A stretch of DNA of 50,910 nucleotides from Escherichia phage vB_EcoS-95. The notes under the pieces are model-generated. The model ran no database searches. It worked only from the letters and a program-made list of their open reading frames with translations, and had not been told where the DNA came from. A program made the translations under genes and the position numbers. Within the stretch, counting starts at the first letter, position 1. Every line of letters starts with the position of its first letter. Location: sequence record NC_048132.1, one strand, 5' to 3'. Shown here in pieces: positions 9,213 to 17,441 of the stretch.

Positions 9213-10789
9213 CCCAGCAGTATTGGATTGACAAAAATAACACCATTAATAACACAAACATAATTTCTTTCTTCCAGCATTGGCAGCAAGTGCCCTTCTA
9301 TCCTCTTCATTACGCCAGCTTGACCAACGAAAGGTTTTACCTTTCTCGCTGATTCGTACAGGGCGCGAATATTCAGAATCCCTTTATTAGCCTTGCCGTG
9401 TCTAGTGATCAATTCAATCAATTTGCCCATTTCAGCATCATCACCAGCATAACCAGAAGCATTGGCGGCGCTAATGTATGTTTTGCTCAATTCCTGAAAC
9501 ATGATCAGCGCCTCTTGCATTGTTTCCACGTCGATCTCTTTCGACTTCTGCGGGTATCCGGCAGGATTAAACCAGTTGCGGATAACATGCAGGACGGAAG
9601 CAAGCCTGATCACCTGTTTATCCATTTTACCCAGCGCACCGCGTAACATTGTATGAGAATACTTTCCGCCGTCTGCAAGATGCGGTTCCATATCCTGGCG
9701 AGCAATGTTTAGCACTCGCATAGCTGAACGGCTTATTTTCAGCGATATATTTGATTCGCTCATGATGTTATGCACCAATTGATAATATTGGGCCTTCAAT
9801 TCAGAATCAACCGCCTCATAGGTAGAATCACCATTTTCATCAATGAATGAGCGACGGCCTAAGAATGATTCCTCGCGGACCAACAAAAAGCGCTCACTCA
9901 CACCGATACCGCGCGATCCAGCGTCCATGATTCCGCTTATCGTTTCATCCTGGGCTATAACGCTCATACATCCAAGCGCGCGAAAACTCATGTTATTGTC
10001 AGCATTAGCACGGGCAATTGATACGTGACCATTATCCCACGCCTTAAGCACTAGCTCACTGTTAGTCTTCCTTTCGCTATTTGCATAGGTCAAGCCTAAC
10101 AGGCTGTTAATACTTGTTGCTTCGTCAGATATTACGGCAAAGTTACCTTGCTTGTTGTTGATTTTCGCCAAGCCTTCTGGAGTGGTATCTGAAACAGGGA
10201 AAGTTATATCACACATCTTTTCCAGCTTCTCCTCCAGATCCTCTTTTTCCTGGTATAGAGATTCCATATCAGCGCCTGATCTTTCGCTTTTCATCTCCTT
10301 TGCAAGACCTGCCAACTTTGCCTGTATTTTCTTTCTTTCCTTGCGGCGTTGCTCGTTGATCTTCTCAACTTCCGCAATCATCGGAGCAATAGCCATACTG
10401 TTGATCGCAGATTTACCAGTTGACGGCGGCTGGCTTGTAACGACGTAAAGCGCAGTCGGCTGATCGGTTCCGTGATAGTCAACTGTAAAGCGTCCAAGCA
10501 TAGCGGCAGAAATGCAGCCGATAAAGTGCATGTAAGCCGATGATTCAGGGAATTGAACTGATCGCGCAATGCTGCGTGATAGCTTGCCGACAACATCAAT
10601 ATCATTACCAAGAGAAATTACGGGGTAGCGATCGTGACCGCTATTTACATCCTTCACGTCGCCCCAAAAGCTGGACGACTGGCGATAGCCGTTAGCCTGA
10701 ATTGATACGCGAACTGGCGAAAGGTTCTGGCTTTCAGCCATAGCGATTATTTGCTGTGGAGTTAATTTGTTCGTTTCTAATGAAAACAT
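9209..10789 (-). CDS. SF3-type helicase / replication ATPase (P4-alpha or D5-like)
   Basis: Walker A SQPPSTGKS (SF3 GPPxTGKS pattern), Walker B-like FAVISDE; 526 aa. Confidence 0.5.
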   Translation of the reverse strand: MFSLETNKLTPQQIIAMAESQNLSPVRVSIQANGYRQSSSFWGDVKDVNSGHDRYPVISLGNDIDVVGKLSRSIARSVQFPESSAYMHFIGCISAAMLGRFTVDYHGTDQPTALYVVTSQPPSTGKSAINSMAIAPMIAEVEKINEQRRKERKKIQAKLAGLAKEMKSERSGADMESLYQEKEDLEEKLEKMCDITFPVSDTTPEGLAKINNKQGNFAVISDEATSINSLLGLTYANSERKTNSELVLKAWDNGHVSIARANADNNMSFRALGCMSVIAQDETISGIMDAGSRGIGVSERFLLVREESFLGRRSFIDENGDSTYEAVDSELKAQYYQLVHNIMSESNISLKISRSAMRVLNIARQDMEPHLADGGKYSHTMLRGALGKMDKQVIRLASVLHVIRNWFNPAGYPQKSKEIDVETMQEALIMFQELSKTYISAANASGYAGDDAEMGKLIELITRHGKANKGILNIRALYESARKVKPFVGQAGVMKRIEGHLLPMLEERNYVCVINGVIFVNPILLG

Positions 10790-10817
10790 TCGTTAGCTTC
10801 TCCTTTGTGGGCCGTAA

Positions 10818-10860
10818 ATTTTAACGGCCCAATACTACCCCGTTTTGTCAAAAAGTGCTA
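10818..10860 (-). promoter_or_regulatory. Box promoter variant (TAGCACTTTTTGACAAAAC) upstream of SF3 helicase
   Basis: Box overlaps stop TAG of the upstream gene; hairpin GGGCCGTTAAAATTTACGGCCC; -10-like TAAAAT. Confidence 0.5.
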
Positions 10861-11079
10861 TTTGATCCGCTCTATTGCAACCAGAAGTCGATCAGGCTGG
10901 CGGTCGCTGTAGCATTCTCCTGTAATCCCATCCTTAAACGCAAAGTAAAGCGCCTTATGATATGAAAAACCAATCAGCCAACCTACCGCCGTTTTTTTGA
11001 TGGGCCTGACTATATCGCCAGGCTTGAAAGTCTTTGTGGTAGAATGCGTTACTTTGTAACGGTTTTCACTGTTTATCAC
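10858..11079 (-). CDS. Hypothetical protein
   Basis: 73-aa ORF. Confidence 0.35.
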   Translation of the reverse strand: MINSENRYKVTHSTTKTFKPGDIVRPIKKTAVGWLIGFSYHKALYFAFKDGITGECYSDRQPDRLLVAIERIK

Positions 11080-11462
11080 AGATATTTGCCCTCAAACAGA
11101 TAACAGCCGCCAGCAGAGAATCCGACCTCTTCACGGTACAGGTTCCAGCGGTCGCCGCACTCATCAAAAACATAACCAGCAACGCTTCCAAGCGGTCGCC
11201 CTTTCTCGATCTGGTATCGCTTTCCCTGCTTAAAGTGCTTTTTGCACGGCATGTTATGATCTACAAACGTGCAAAGAACGGTTTTTGTGTTAATGGCGCG
11301 GTAATCATCTCGGTTTGCTGGAAGCCAGCGGCTACCCTTAACAAGCGTCTTAACCTGGAACTCTTCCACCTCGATCACATCATCACTTCCTGCAATCTTC
11401 TGATAAACCGTTTTAAAACGGCCTTTCATCAATACGTTGGTTTCATTACAGATAACATTCAT
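11076..11462 (-). CDS. Hypothetical protein
   Basis: 128-aa ORF with RBS AAGGAG. Confidence 0.4.
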   Translation of the reverse strand: MNVICNETNVLMKGRFKTVYQKIAGSDDVIEVEEFQVKTLVKGSRWLPANRDDYRAINTKTVLCTFVDHNMPCKKHFKQGKRYQIEKGRPLGSVAGYVFDECGDRWNLYREEVGFSAGGCYLFEGKYL

Positions 11463-11491
11463 GATCAGATCTCCTTTGTTTGTTCGATGTG

Positions 11492-11534
11492 ATTATGCCA
11501 GGTTTTTACACCTGGCTTTTAACAAAAAGTGCTA
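11492..11534 (-). promoter_or_regulatory. Box promoter (minus; hairpin GCCAGGTGTAAAAACCTGGC; CATAAT; leader CACATCGAACAAAC)
   Basis: Box overlaps stop TAG of the methyltransferase-like gene. Confidence 0.55.
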
Positions 11535-12242
11535 TTTTGAGTTTGACTCAAAGACGGCGCGAGCAAATCCGCGCGGAGTGAGTGAGCGGATCATCTTTGT
11601 GCGCGATGACTTACCGCCAGTTTTGGCCCAGCCTGGATTATCTTTGTCTTCCTCTTTCGGCAGGATTAAAGCGCGCGGAGGAATAACAAAGCCGTTGCCA
11701 GTCCAGAGGCACGTTTTCTTAAAATAGCGATCCCGCGCCGGAATAATATCAGGGAAGTCGGGATGTTTATCATCTTCCGGCAGATAGCCAGCGTAATCGC
11801 ACGGATGGAACGTATAATCAGGCTTTCGCCATAACGTTGACAACTTGCCAACCGGATTTTCGATCATGTAAGGAACACCGAAATAATCAGCTATATCAGC
11901 CGCGATTCTGCAAGTGTCGGCGGCCTCATCCTGGAACGATGGATTCTCAAGGCGTTTTTTGGCCCAATGGCGAGATCCGCTATTTGCAAGGTCGGTGCAC
12001 GGCGGAAATGCCATAATAAAGTCAGGAATGCCCCATTCCTCCCAGCGCGCGCGGTGGTAAAATCTTTCATCAATCCAGACGTTAACGTATTCGATATTCT
12101 CATGCTGTATGCGCACTGACTGGTAATCACCGTGATCGCCACCGTCAGCATTAAAGCAAATGCACTTATAGCCATTATCAGCCCAATCTTTAACGGCTTT
12201 ACCAGATCCATCAAATAGTGAGAATATTAAACCTTTATACAT
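11532..12242 (-). CDS. Compact DNA C5-cytosine methyltransferase-like protein (atypical PCT catalytic motif)
   Basis: Motif I LFDGSG, motif IV FPPCTDLANSGS (PCT instead of PCQ), motif VI ENPVG, C-terminal RSLTPRGFARAVF (motif X-like); about 236 aa with no obvious target-recognition domain. Confidence 0.45.
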   Translation of the reverse strand: MYKGLIFSLFDGSGKAVKDWADNGYKCICFNADGGDHGDYQSVRIQHENIEYVNVWIDERFYHRARWEEWGIPDFIMAFPPCTDLANSGSRHWAKKRLENPSFQDEAADTCRIAADIADYFGVPYMIENPVGKLSTLWRKPDYTFHPCDYAGYLPEDDKHPDFPDIIPARDRYFKKTCLWTGNGFVIPPRALILPKEEDKDNPGWAKTGGKSSRTKMIRSLTPRGFARAVFESNSK

Positions 12243-12252
12243 CGTCATTACC

Positions 12253-12477
12253 TCAAAACGGAAAACAGCGCGCACAACCAGGATCGAAATCGCATCCACA
12301 ATCATTAACAATCATAGTGGGATCTGCAAATATTGCGCTTGATTCAAGATACATATCCATATCACCTAAAGCCTCATCAAGAGTCTTAATTTTATATGCC
12401 ACTTCAAGCGCCGCCTCTTTATTTAGTCCGGCATCTTCTGCCATTTGAAGGCGCTCAAAAAAACCGTCTTGACTCAT
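12253..12477 (-). CDS. Hypothetical Cys-rich protein
   Basis: 74-aa ORF, C-terminal CGCDFDPGCARC. Confidence 0.35.
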   Translation of the reverse strand: MSQDGFFERLQMAEDAGLNKEAALEVAYKIKTLDEALGDMDMYLESSAIFADPTMIVNDCGCDFDPGCARCFPF

Positions 12478-12590
12478 CGCATAATCCCCTTAATAACAGC
12501 CAAGATAATAGCCAGACCAGCAGCAGTAACCAAAAATCCAACCGCGCCAATAATCGAATAAAAAAAGAAATCAATAGCTTTATCTATCAT
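12474..12590 (-). CDS. Small hydrophobic membrane protein (38 aa), not in ORF track
   Basis: ATG preceded by GAGGTG; MIDKAIDFFFYSIIGAVGFLVTAAGLAIILAVIKGIMR; stop TGA overlaps the next ATG (ATGA). Confidence 0.35.
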   Translation of the reverse strand: MIDKAIDFFFYSIIGAVGFLVTAAGLAIILAVIKGIMR

Positions 12591-12632
12591 TTTTCACCTC
12601 GTTTAAAAGGCGGCAAAACGCCGCCAGATTAA

Positions 12633-12860
12633 TTAAAGAGCGCGCCAACTTTGAATATAGAAAGCGTTTTCTTCCAGTAATTCTTTTACCTGATCTTTAT
12701 TGTATTTGCGCACCTTGCCGCCTGGATGGATACCAATAAGATAGCCGCCTTTGCCCTCGGTGATAGTGATTTGGCTAATTCCGCAGGACTTATCAAGTTT
12801 TACAGCCACGCGGTGATGAGCGTCAATAGTTGCCATAATGTTTAAAACTTTTGCTTTCAT
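12633..12860 (-). CDS. Hypothetical protein
   Basis: 75-aa ORF followed by hairpin GGCGGCGTTTTGCCGCC. Confidence 0.4.
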   Translation of the reverse strand: MKAKVLNIMATIDAHHRVAVKLDKSCGISQITITEGKGGYLIGIHPGGKVRKYNKDQVKELLEENAFYIQSWRAL

Positions 12861-12968
12861 TTAAATATCCTCAATTGAAATATGAATGACGTGGCGCTCT
12901 TTTTCCGTCGCCGCCGTAATGGTCATTTGCAACCGCCACCATCCAGGCGTTTTTGAAAATAAATAGCC

Positions 12969-13181
12969 TCATTTCTTATTTTTCAGCTTAAATTTATGAC
13001 CTGGAACACCAGCGCCAATATAGCCATCGTTGTATTCCATCAAATAAAGGTGAAGACCATTATCTGAAATTACATGAGGATCTTCTTTGAGATTTCCCAT
13101 TAGTGGATATTCTTTTCCGCGCGTAAATCTCCAAGTTGAGTTATAAGTTTCTACGCATTTAAGTTTTAATTGCTTTGCCAT
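12969..13181 (-). CDS. Hypothetical protein
   Basis: 70-aa ORF. Confidence 0.35.
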   Translation of the reverse strand: MAKQLKLKCVETYNSTWRFTRGKEYPLMGNLKEDPHVISDNGLHLYLMEYNDGYIGAGVPGHKFKLKNKK

Positions 13182-13462
13182 TATGCGATCCCAGTTACGT
13201 TAAAACTTACAGCCTTTGTTGCGCTAAATACATAAGCATCAACAGCGCCGCCAAATACACGAATTTTACCCTGGCCGTACTGCGCATTCATATTTCGCCA
13301 AACCGTTCTATTAGAGCAGAATGCGCTACCAGTCTTAATGAGCGTATCCATCTCTTTTCTTAGATCGCGATAGTCCATCCAGAATCTAAATGCACGCTGT
13401 TTAATTCGCGCCGCCTTGATTTTTTCTCTTGCGCTATTGAAATCATTCTTTTCGTATGCCAT
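13181..13462 (-). CDS. Hypothetical protein
   Basis: 93-aa ORF, start overlaps upstream stop. Confidence 0.35.
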   Translation of the reverse strand: MAYEKNDFNSAREKIKAARIKQRAFRFWMDYRDLRKEMDTLIKTGSAFCSNRTVWRNMNAQYGQGKIRVFGGAVDAYVFSATKAVSFNVTGIA

Positions 13463-13659
13463 TAAATGATCTCCATGTATGTTTCAAAGCCATTTAACTT
13501 GAACAGGCCGTTTTCACATTTGCGCACGTTCCAAGTTAGACCTGAGTGGTACGCCTCCATATCATCAAGGTCAATGGTGATTTCAGCGCCTTTCTTAAAC
13601 AAACCTTTTTCGTGAGACTTGTCGCGCTTAACAACTTTAACATCAACCTGATTTTCCAT
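13462..13659 (-). CDS. Hypothetical protein
   Basis: Trimmed to MENQVDVKV (RBS GAGGAT) from track 13462-13710. Confidence 0.4.
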   Translation of the reverse strand: MENQVDVKVVKRDKSHEKGLFKKGAEITIDLDDMEAYHSGLTWNVRKCENGLFKLNGFETYMEII

Positions 13660-13690
13660 CTTTAAATCCTCGCTTGTTGTCGATGGGTGT

Positions 13691-13733
13691 AATATACCAT
13701 TCAGGCGCACATCGTTTTTAACAAAAAGTGCTA
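13691..13733 (-). promoter_or_regulatory. Box promoter (minus; -10-like TATATT; leader CATCGACAACAA)
   Basis: Box overlaps stop TAG of upstream gene; fixed spacing to hexamer. Confidence 0.55.
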
Positions 13734-14021
13734 TTCAACAACTTTTCCAGTTAAAGAGATAAGTTGCCTTGTAATCTTGTGGCGGCGATACTTACGCGCA
13801 ACAACAGGAAGGCTTTCACCGCTTTGATGACCAAAACAGATCGGCAATTCACCTTCAAGGGAGCGGAAGCCACCAAATTCAAGATCCCGCACTGGCTTAG
13901 CGCGCCAGGCTTCAATAAATCCGCGCTCGTCACGAGTGATATAGCGGTATATGTTCGGGAGGGGCAATTGTATCCCCTCAAAATCCACGGTATCGGTATA
14001 GCTATAAAACTTAGAACTCAT
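13731..14021 (-). CDS. Hypothetical protein
   Basis: Trimmed to MSSKFYSY (RBS GGAG) from track 13731-14072. Confidence 0.4.
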   Translation of the reverse strand: MSSKFYSYTDTVDFEGIQLPLPNIYRYITRDERGFIEAWRAKPVRDLEFGGFRSLEGELPICFGHQSGESLPVVARKYRRHKITRQLISLTGKVVE

Positions 14022-14163
14022 AGTCAACAACTCCAAACTCATTGACGATTTGCGCCTTATAGAAGCCACCATTTTTCGCCAGGTTGTAACAAGCGGCTAC
14101 GGTTTCAAATTCGCGCGATTCCGGCTGGCTGTTTTCGTGTTCCCAGGTAATCAGAGTAACCAT
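14011..14163 (-). CDS. Small hypothetical protein (50 aa), not in ORF track
   Basis: ATG preceded by GCGAGGA; MVTLITWEHENSQPESREFETVAACYNLAKNGGFYKAQIVNEFGVVDYEF; overlaps next start. Confidence 0.35.
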   Translation of the reverse strand: MVTLITWEHENSQPESREFETVAACYNLAKNGGFYKAQIVNEFGVVDYEF

Positions 14164-14196
14164 TTTCAAATCCTCGCATTCGTTGTCGATGCGTGT

Positions 14197-14239
14197 AATG
14201 TACAGGAATGCGAGGATTGAGTTTTAACAAAAAGTGCCA
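14197..14239 (-). promoter_or_regulatory. Box promoter (minus; variant TGGCAC; -10-like TACATT; leader CATCGACAACGAA inside a 12-bp inverted repeat that includes the RBS)
   Basis: ATCCTCGCATTC ... GAATGCGAGGAT inverted repeat spans hexamer, leader and RBS. Confidence 0.55.
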
Positions 14240-14240
14240 T

Positions 14241-14504
14241 TTAGTCCAGGAATTCGATTTCACGCTCTCCAGTTAACGGATCCACAAGCCAGAATCCGAG
14301 CGGTTCGCCGTGAACACCTTCATAGAATCCAAGCGCCGCCAGATCTTCACCTTTAACAAATACCAGGTTTCCGCTACGGCTTACGTGAGACACGTTAACG
14401 ATAACCGGAAATGTGCGATCCTTAAATGCAGGCCGCAGGGCGTAACATCCGTTGTTTAGCAAACGTGCTTTGCGCTTAACTGGAATAGGTGCATTAATTT
14501 TCAT
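14241..14504 (-). CDS. Hypothetical protein
   Basis: 87-aa ORF. Confidence 0.4.
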   Translation of the reverse strand: MKINAPIPVKRKARLLNNGCYALRPAFKDRTFPVIVNVSHVSRSGNLVFVKGEDLAALGFYEGVHGEPLGFWLVDPLTGEREIEFLD

Positions 14505-14516
14505 GGTTATTACTCC

Positions 14517-14729
14517 TTATCGTAAAGATTTAAAGACGTATAGTTTACTGCGGTAACTATATATCCGCATTGTTATTTCTCGCAGTGCAATATATTCCTT
14601 CCTGTTTTCCGGCAGACTGGCGAGCAATAGCAGGCAGTATTTATAAGCGCGGTCAAGATTCCTTTCCGTGCCCCTGCAATATCCCTTGTTGCGCCTGGAG
14701 CGGTACAGCCATAACAATTTCTTGAACAT
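14517..14729 (-). CDS. Hypothetical protein
   Basis: Trimmed to internal ATG (MFKKLLW) that follows upstream stop. Confidence 0.3.
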   Translation of the reverse strand: MFKKLLWLYRSRRNKGYCRGTERNLDRAYKYCLLLLASLPENRKEYIALREITMRIYSYRSKLYVFKSLR

Positions 14730-14730
14730 T

Positions 14731-14940
14731 TCAGATACGCCCATACAGATCACAGACTTCGTTGATAAAATTGCTTTTCGCCCCTTTGTTGTCACGCTCA
14801 AGAATTGCGCGGCATTCAAACTTATGATTATGCACGATGACTACAACCATGTTTTCAGGCATTGAGCGGTTATAGCGTTGCGCATCACTGATTGAAACAT
14901 CCATACCCATCTCATGTGCTTTCTTGATCACATCCAACAT
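14731..14940 (-). CDS. Hypothetical protein, paralog of 14928-15194
   Basis: MLDVIKK start with RBS AGGAG; shares GxxSNFINEVC motif with upstream neighbour. Confidence 0.4.
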   Translation of the reverse strand: MLDVIKKAHEMGMDVSISDAQRYNRSMPENMVVVIVHNHKFECRAILERDNKGAKSNFINEVCDLYGRI

Positions 14941-15194
14941 TTTTTCTTCTCCTGCAATAAGCAAACATCATTGATAAAATCAGCACGGCCCTTAATGTTG
15001 CTGATGTGGAACGTCTTTTCAGCGTACAGGCCATCACCTTCAATCACGATCATTACGCGAGTCGGTTTATTCACGGGCGCACACGAAAAGAGTGGGCGCA
15101 CCGGAAGAAATTTAGTCATCACATCCAGGTTGGCCCTGGCGGCCCTGCAAAACGCCTCCGCCAGATCCAAATCATTTTCGGTAATCACCGCCAT
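14928..15194 (-). CDS. Hypothetical protein, paralog of 14731-14940
   Basis: RBS GAGGAG; GRADFINDVC motif shared with downstream neighbour. Confidence 0.4.
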   Translation of the reverse strand: MAVITENDLDLAEAFCRAARANLDVMTKFLPVRPLFSCAPVNKPTRVMIVIEGDGLYAEKTFHISNIKGRADFINDVCLLQEKKKCWM

Positions 15195-15466
15195 TACTTC
15201 TTGATCTCCTCACTGATAAATTTCAGCACCTGACGCAAGAAAACCTCGTTGTTGATAGTCGCTGGCAATTCTTCTTTCACTTCTTGCGGCAGATAGATAT
15301 TGCCGTGCCAGGTCAAGCAATCGTAGTTGATACGATAAGAGCAAAGCCACTCGCAATCGTTATCTGCTTCCCAAATGCAGAGTTGCAGAACATCGCCAAA
15401 ATCTTCAACAGTCAGATCCAGACCGTGACGCTTGGCGAAATTGAAAGTGGTTTTGCTGATGTTCAT
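15194..15466 (-). CDS. Hypothetical protein (first gene of the leftward block)
   Basis: 90-aa ORF with RBS AGGAG. Confidence 0.45.
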   Translation of the reverse strand: MNISKTTFNFAKRHGLDLTVEDFGDVLQLCIWEADNDCEWLCSYRINYDCLTWHGNIYLPQEVKEELPATINNEVFLRQVLKFISEEIKK

Positions 15467-15500
15467 TGCTATCTCCTGAGCGGTTCGTTTCGATGTGTGT

Positions 15501-15543
15501 AATGTACCCGATCAGACGGCCTGAGTTTTAACAAAAAGTGCTA
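15501..15543 (-). promoter_or_regulatory. Box promoter (minus; -10-like TACATT; leader CATCGAAACGAA)
   Basis: Exact reverse-complement box at 15525-15543. Confidence 0.55.
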
Positions 15544-15544
15544 T

Positions 15545-16099
15545 TTGACGGTTAGCGCCAGGATTGCGATCGAAATAATCAAAAGTAATCATTCGTAATC
15601 AAATCACGTCAAAATGATGATTGCCTTTGCAAATTTGATGAGAAAAGCAATCACGTTTAATCATTGGTTGCAGGGGAGATAGTGAAACCCTCCCCTCTCG
15701 CCTCACTTTTCCGCCTGGCTGTCAGTGGTTGTTGTCTTTTGTTCACCCCTGTTACCGATTTCAGGCGGCGTGTTTCCGCGCGGTTTTCCGGTGTAGCGAA
15801 AACGGAAAAAACAAAGAAAATCCTCTATAATACATTGAAAATAAAGATTATTTATTTATATATATCTATAATGTTTTCTTTTTGTTCTCACTGTTACAGT
15901 GCTTTTTGTTGGTTATGGTGTGGTTGTGTGTGGGCATATATGGATAGTTGCGCGCGCGGCGGATTGCATATGTATATATACTTTTTCCGGCGGATTGCGT
16001 TAACAGCGTGAACAGAAAAATAACAGCCGCGAAATCAATAACTTGCGCATGATTTTGTAGTTTTTCGATATTGGTAACGTTTTGAATACAACAAAAACA
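15545..16099. promoter_or_regulatory. AT-rich non-coding strand-switch region with AATCA-type short repeats, inverted repeats and a duplicated GGCGGATTGC element; candidate origin and control region
   Basis: No convincing ORF; TAATCA repeats 15570-15660; GGCGGATTGC twice about 32 bp apart flanking ATATGTATATATAC; T/G-rich tract TTATTTATTTAT...GTTGGTTATGGTGTGG. Confidence 0.4.
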
Positions 16100-16127
16100 T
16101 TGACACGCACCAAATAGCTTTTATAAT
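16100..16127 (+). promoter_or_regulatory. Near-consensus sigma70 promoter (TTGACA-16 bp-TATAAT) for rightward early transcription
   Basis: TTGACA at 16100-16105 and TATAAT at 16122-16127. Confidence 0.6.
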
Positions 16128-16158
16128 GCGCAAACAGTCAACAACTGGAGGAAAGGAA

Positions 16159-16623
16159 ATGGAACAGAAAACCACTAAGGACTATTGCGATTGGCTTCGC
16201 GAGCTTGGTCGCCGCCTGGCTAGTGGCGATATTGAAGAGTATAAAATGTCACTAATTGACCTGGCCGGAATGTTAAGCGGTGATGACTGCTACAAGATCA
16301 CGCGCAGTTCATCCTACAGCCGGACCATTATCAACCGCGTTCCAGAAGTAAGGGCCGCAGGTCGGGTAAGCATCAAGGTAGAGGAAACGGAAGATGATAA
16401 ATTTTACGTTTTCCGCATGGTCCGCGAATCGAAAAGGAAAATCATCACACCCGAAGAATTGCCAGCCATCAAGGCAAGGGCGATCAAAAAGTTTGCCGAT
16501 CGCTTACTGGCAGCAATCCCGAACATCGTGGACATGGAAGGGGATAAACTGGCTGGAGCTTGTGAGGGCGTAAGCCGCTACCAGGATATGATCCGCGAAA
16601 TCATCAAAGAGGAGGAGCAATAA
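16159..16623 (+). CDS. Hypothetical early protein (first gene downstream of the consensus promoter)
   Basis: Start at MEQKTTKDY with RBS GGAGG; 154 aa. Confidence 0.5.
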   Translation: MEQKTTKDYCDWLRELGRRLASGDIEEYKMSLIDLAGMLSGDDCYKITRSSSYSRTIINRVPEVRAAGRVSIKVEETEDDKFYVFRMVRESKRKIITPEELPAIKARAIKKFADRLLAAIPNIVDMEGDKLAGACEGVSRYQDMIREIIKEEEQ

Positions 16624-16883
16624 TGAAAAAGGCATTAATCGGCGTTTTGGCGGCAATGACACTCCTGACCGGATGCGAAAAGGCATCAGAATCAACGGTT
16701 GTCGTAGGCGTTGAGTCAGATTTCAAAGTCGGCCGCCTGTTCACTGTTGACGGATGCACAGCATACAGATTCTATGATAACGGTCGCGCGATCTATTACA
16801 CCAGTTGCAAAGGCGCAACGGATAGCACATACAACAGCGGAAAGAACGTAATGCACCAGCAAGTCACAACAGATATTAAATAG
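16623..16883 (+). CDS. Putative lipoprotein
   Basis: Signal peptide with lipobox LLTGC; 86 aa. Confidence 0.5.
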   Translation: MKKALIGVLAAMTLLTGCEKASESTVVVGVESDFKVGRLFTVDGCTAYRFYDNGRAIYYTSCKGATDSTYNSGKNVMHQQVTTDIK

Positions 16884-16923
16884 CACTTTTTGTTAAAACG
16901 CCAGGCGCAAAGCCTGGCATAAT
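16881..16923 (+). promoter_or_regulatory. Box promoter (hairpin GCCAGGCGCAAAGCCTGGC; CATAAT; leader CATCGAAACGAG)
   Basis: Exact box overlapping stop TAG. Confidence 0.6.
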
Positions 16924-16955
16924 AGCCTCATCGAAACGAGATTGAGTAAACAAAA

Positions 16956-17141
16956 ATGGCACGTCGCATCACCAAAGACCTTAAAGTCCTGAACAAAGAA
17001 AACGTAGTTAAAATCCTGGTTATCTGGGGCTACAACGAAGAAACAGCAAAGCAGAAGGTAGAGGCGGGTTATGACCTGGCTGTAAAAGCAATGCCAAACG
17101 ACGACGCCAAAGGCATTGCAAACTATGTAGCTTTCTTTTAA
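16956..17141 (+). CDS. Hypothetical protein
   Basis: 61-aa ORF. Confidence 0.4.
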   Translation: MARRITKDLKVLNKENVVKILVIWGYNEETAKQKVEAGYDLAVKAMPNDDAKGIANYVAFF

Positions 17142-17156
17142 TTAGCAGGTGAATAA

Positions 17157-17342
17157 ATGAAAACGAAATTAGTCCATAAATCAGAAATCAAGATCGGCGA
17201 TACTGTGATTCACAACGGAGAGCTTAGAACGGTTGGCAAAGAGTCAATAAGCCACGATGAATTTATGGGGATCTTGTTGTTCGGCGACTCTTATCGTCTT
17301 GGTTACAAGATGGTTGAGCTTGTGGAAGAAGTGAAATTCTAA
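17157..17342 (+). CDS. Hypothetical protein
   Basis: 61-aa ORF. Confidence 0.4.
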   Translation: MKTKLVHKSEIKIGDTVIHNGELRTVGKESISHDEFMGILLFGDSYRLGYKMVELVEEVKF

Positions 17343-17343
17343 A

Positions 17344-17386
17344 TAGCACTTTTTGTTAAAACTCAAAAACGATAACCAGGCATAAT
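17344..17386 (+). promoter_or_regulatory. Box promoter (CATAAT at 17381-17386)
   Basis: Exact box one base after stop TAA. Confidence 0.6.
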
Positions 17387-17441
17387 AAATCACATAGGGC
17401 GGCACGGCGTCGCCCAGTTAAACCAATCAGGAGAAAGCACC

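Noticed and set aside
15664-16011. 115-aa ORF in the six-frame track inside the AT-rich strand-switch region
   Set aside because: Low-complexity, Cys/Leu/Tyr-rich translation of AT- and GT-skewed DNA with no RBS and an overlap of promoter-like and repeat elements; treated as non-coding.
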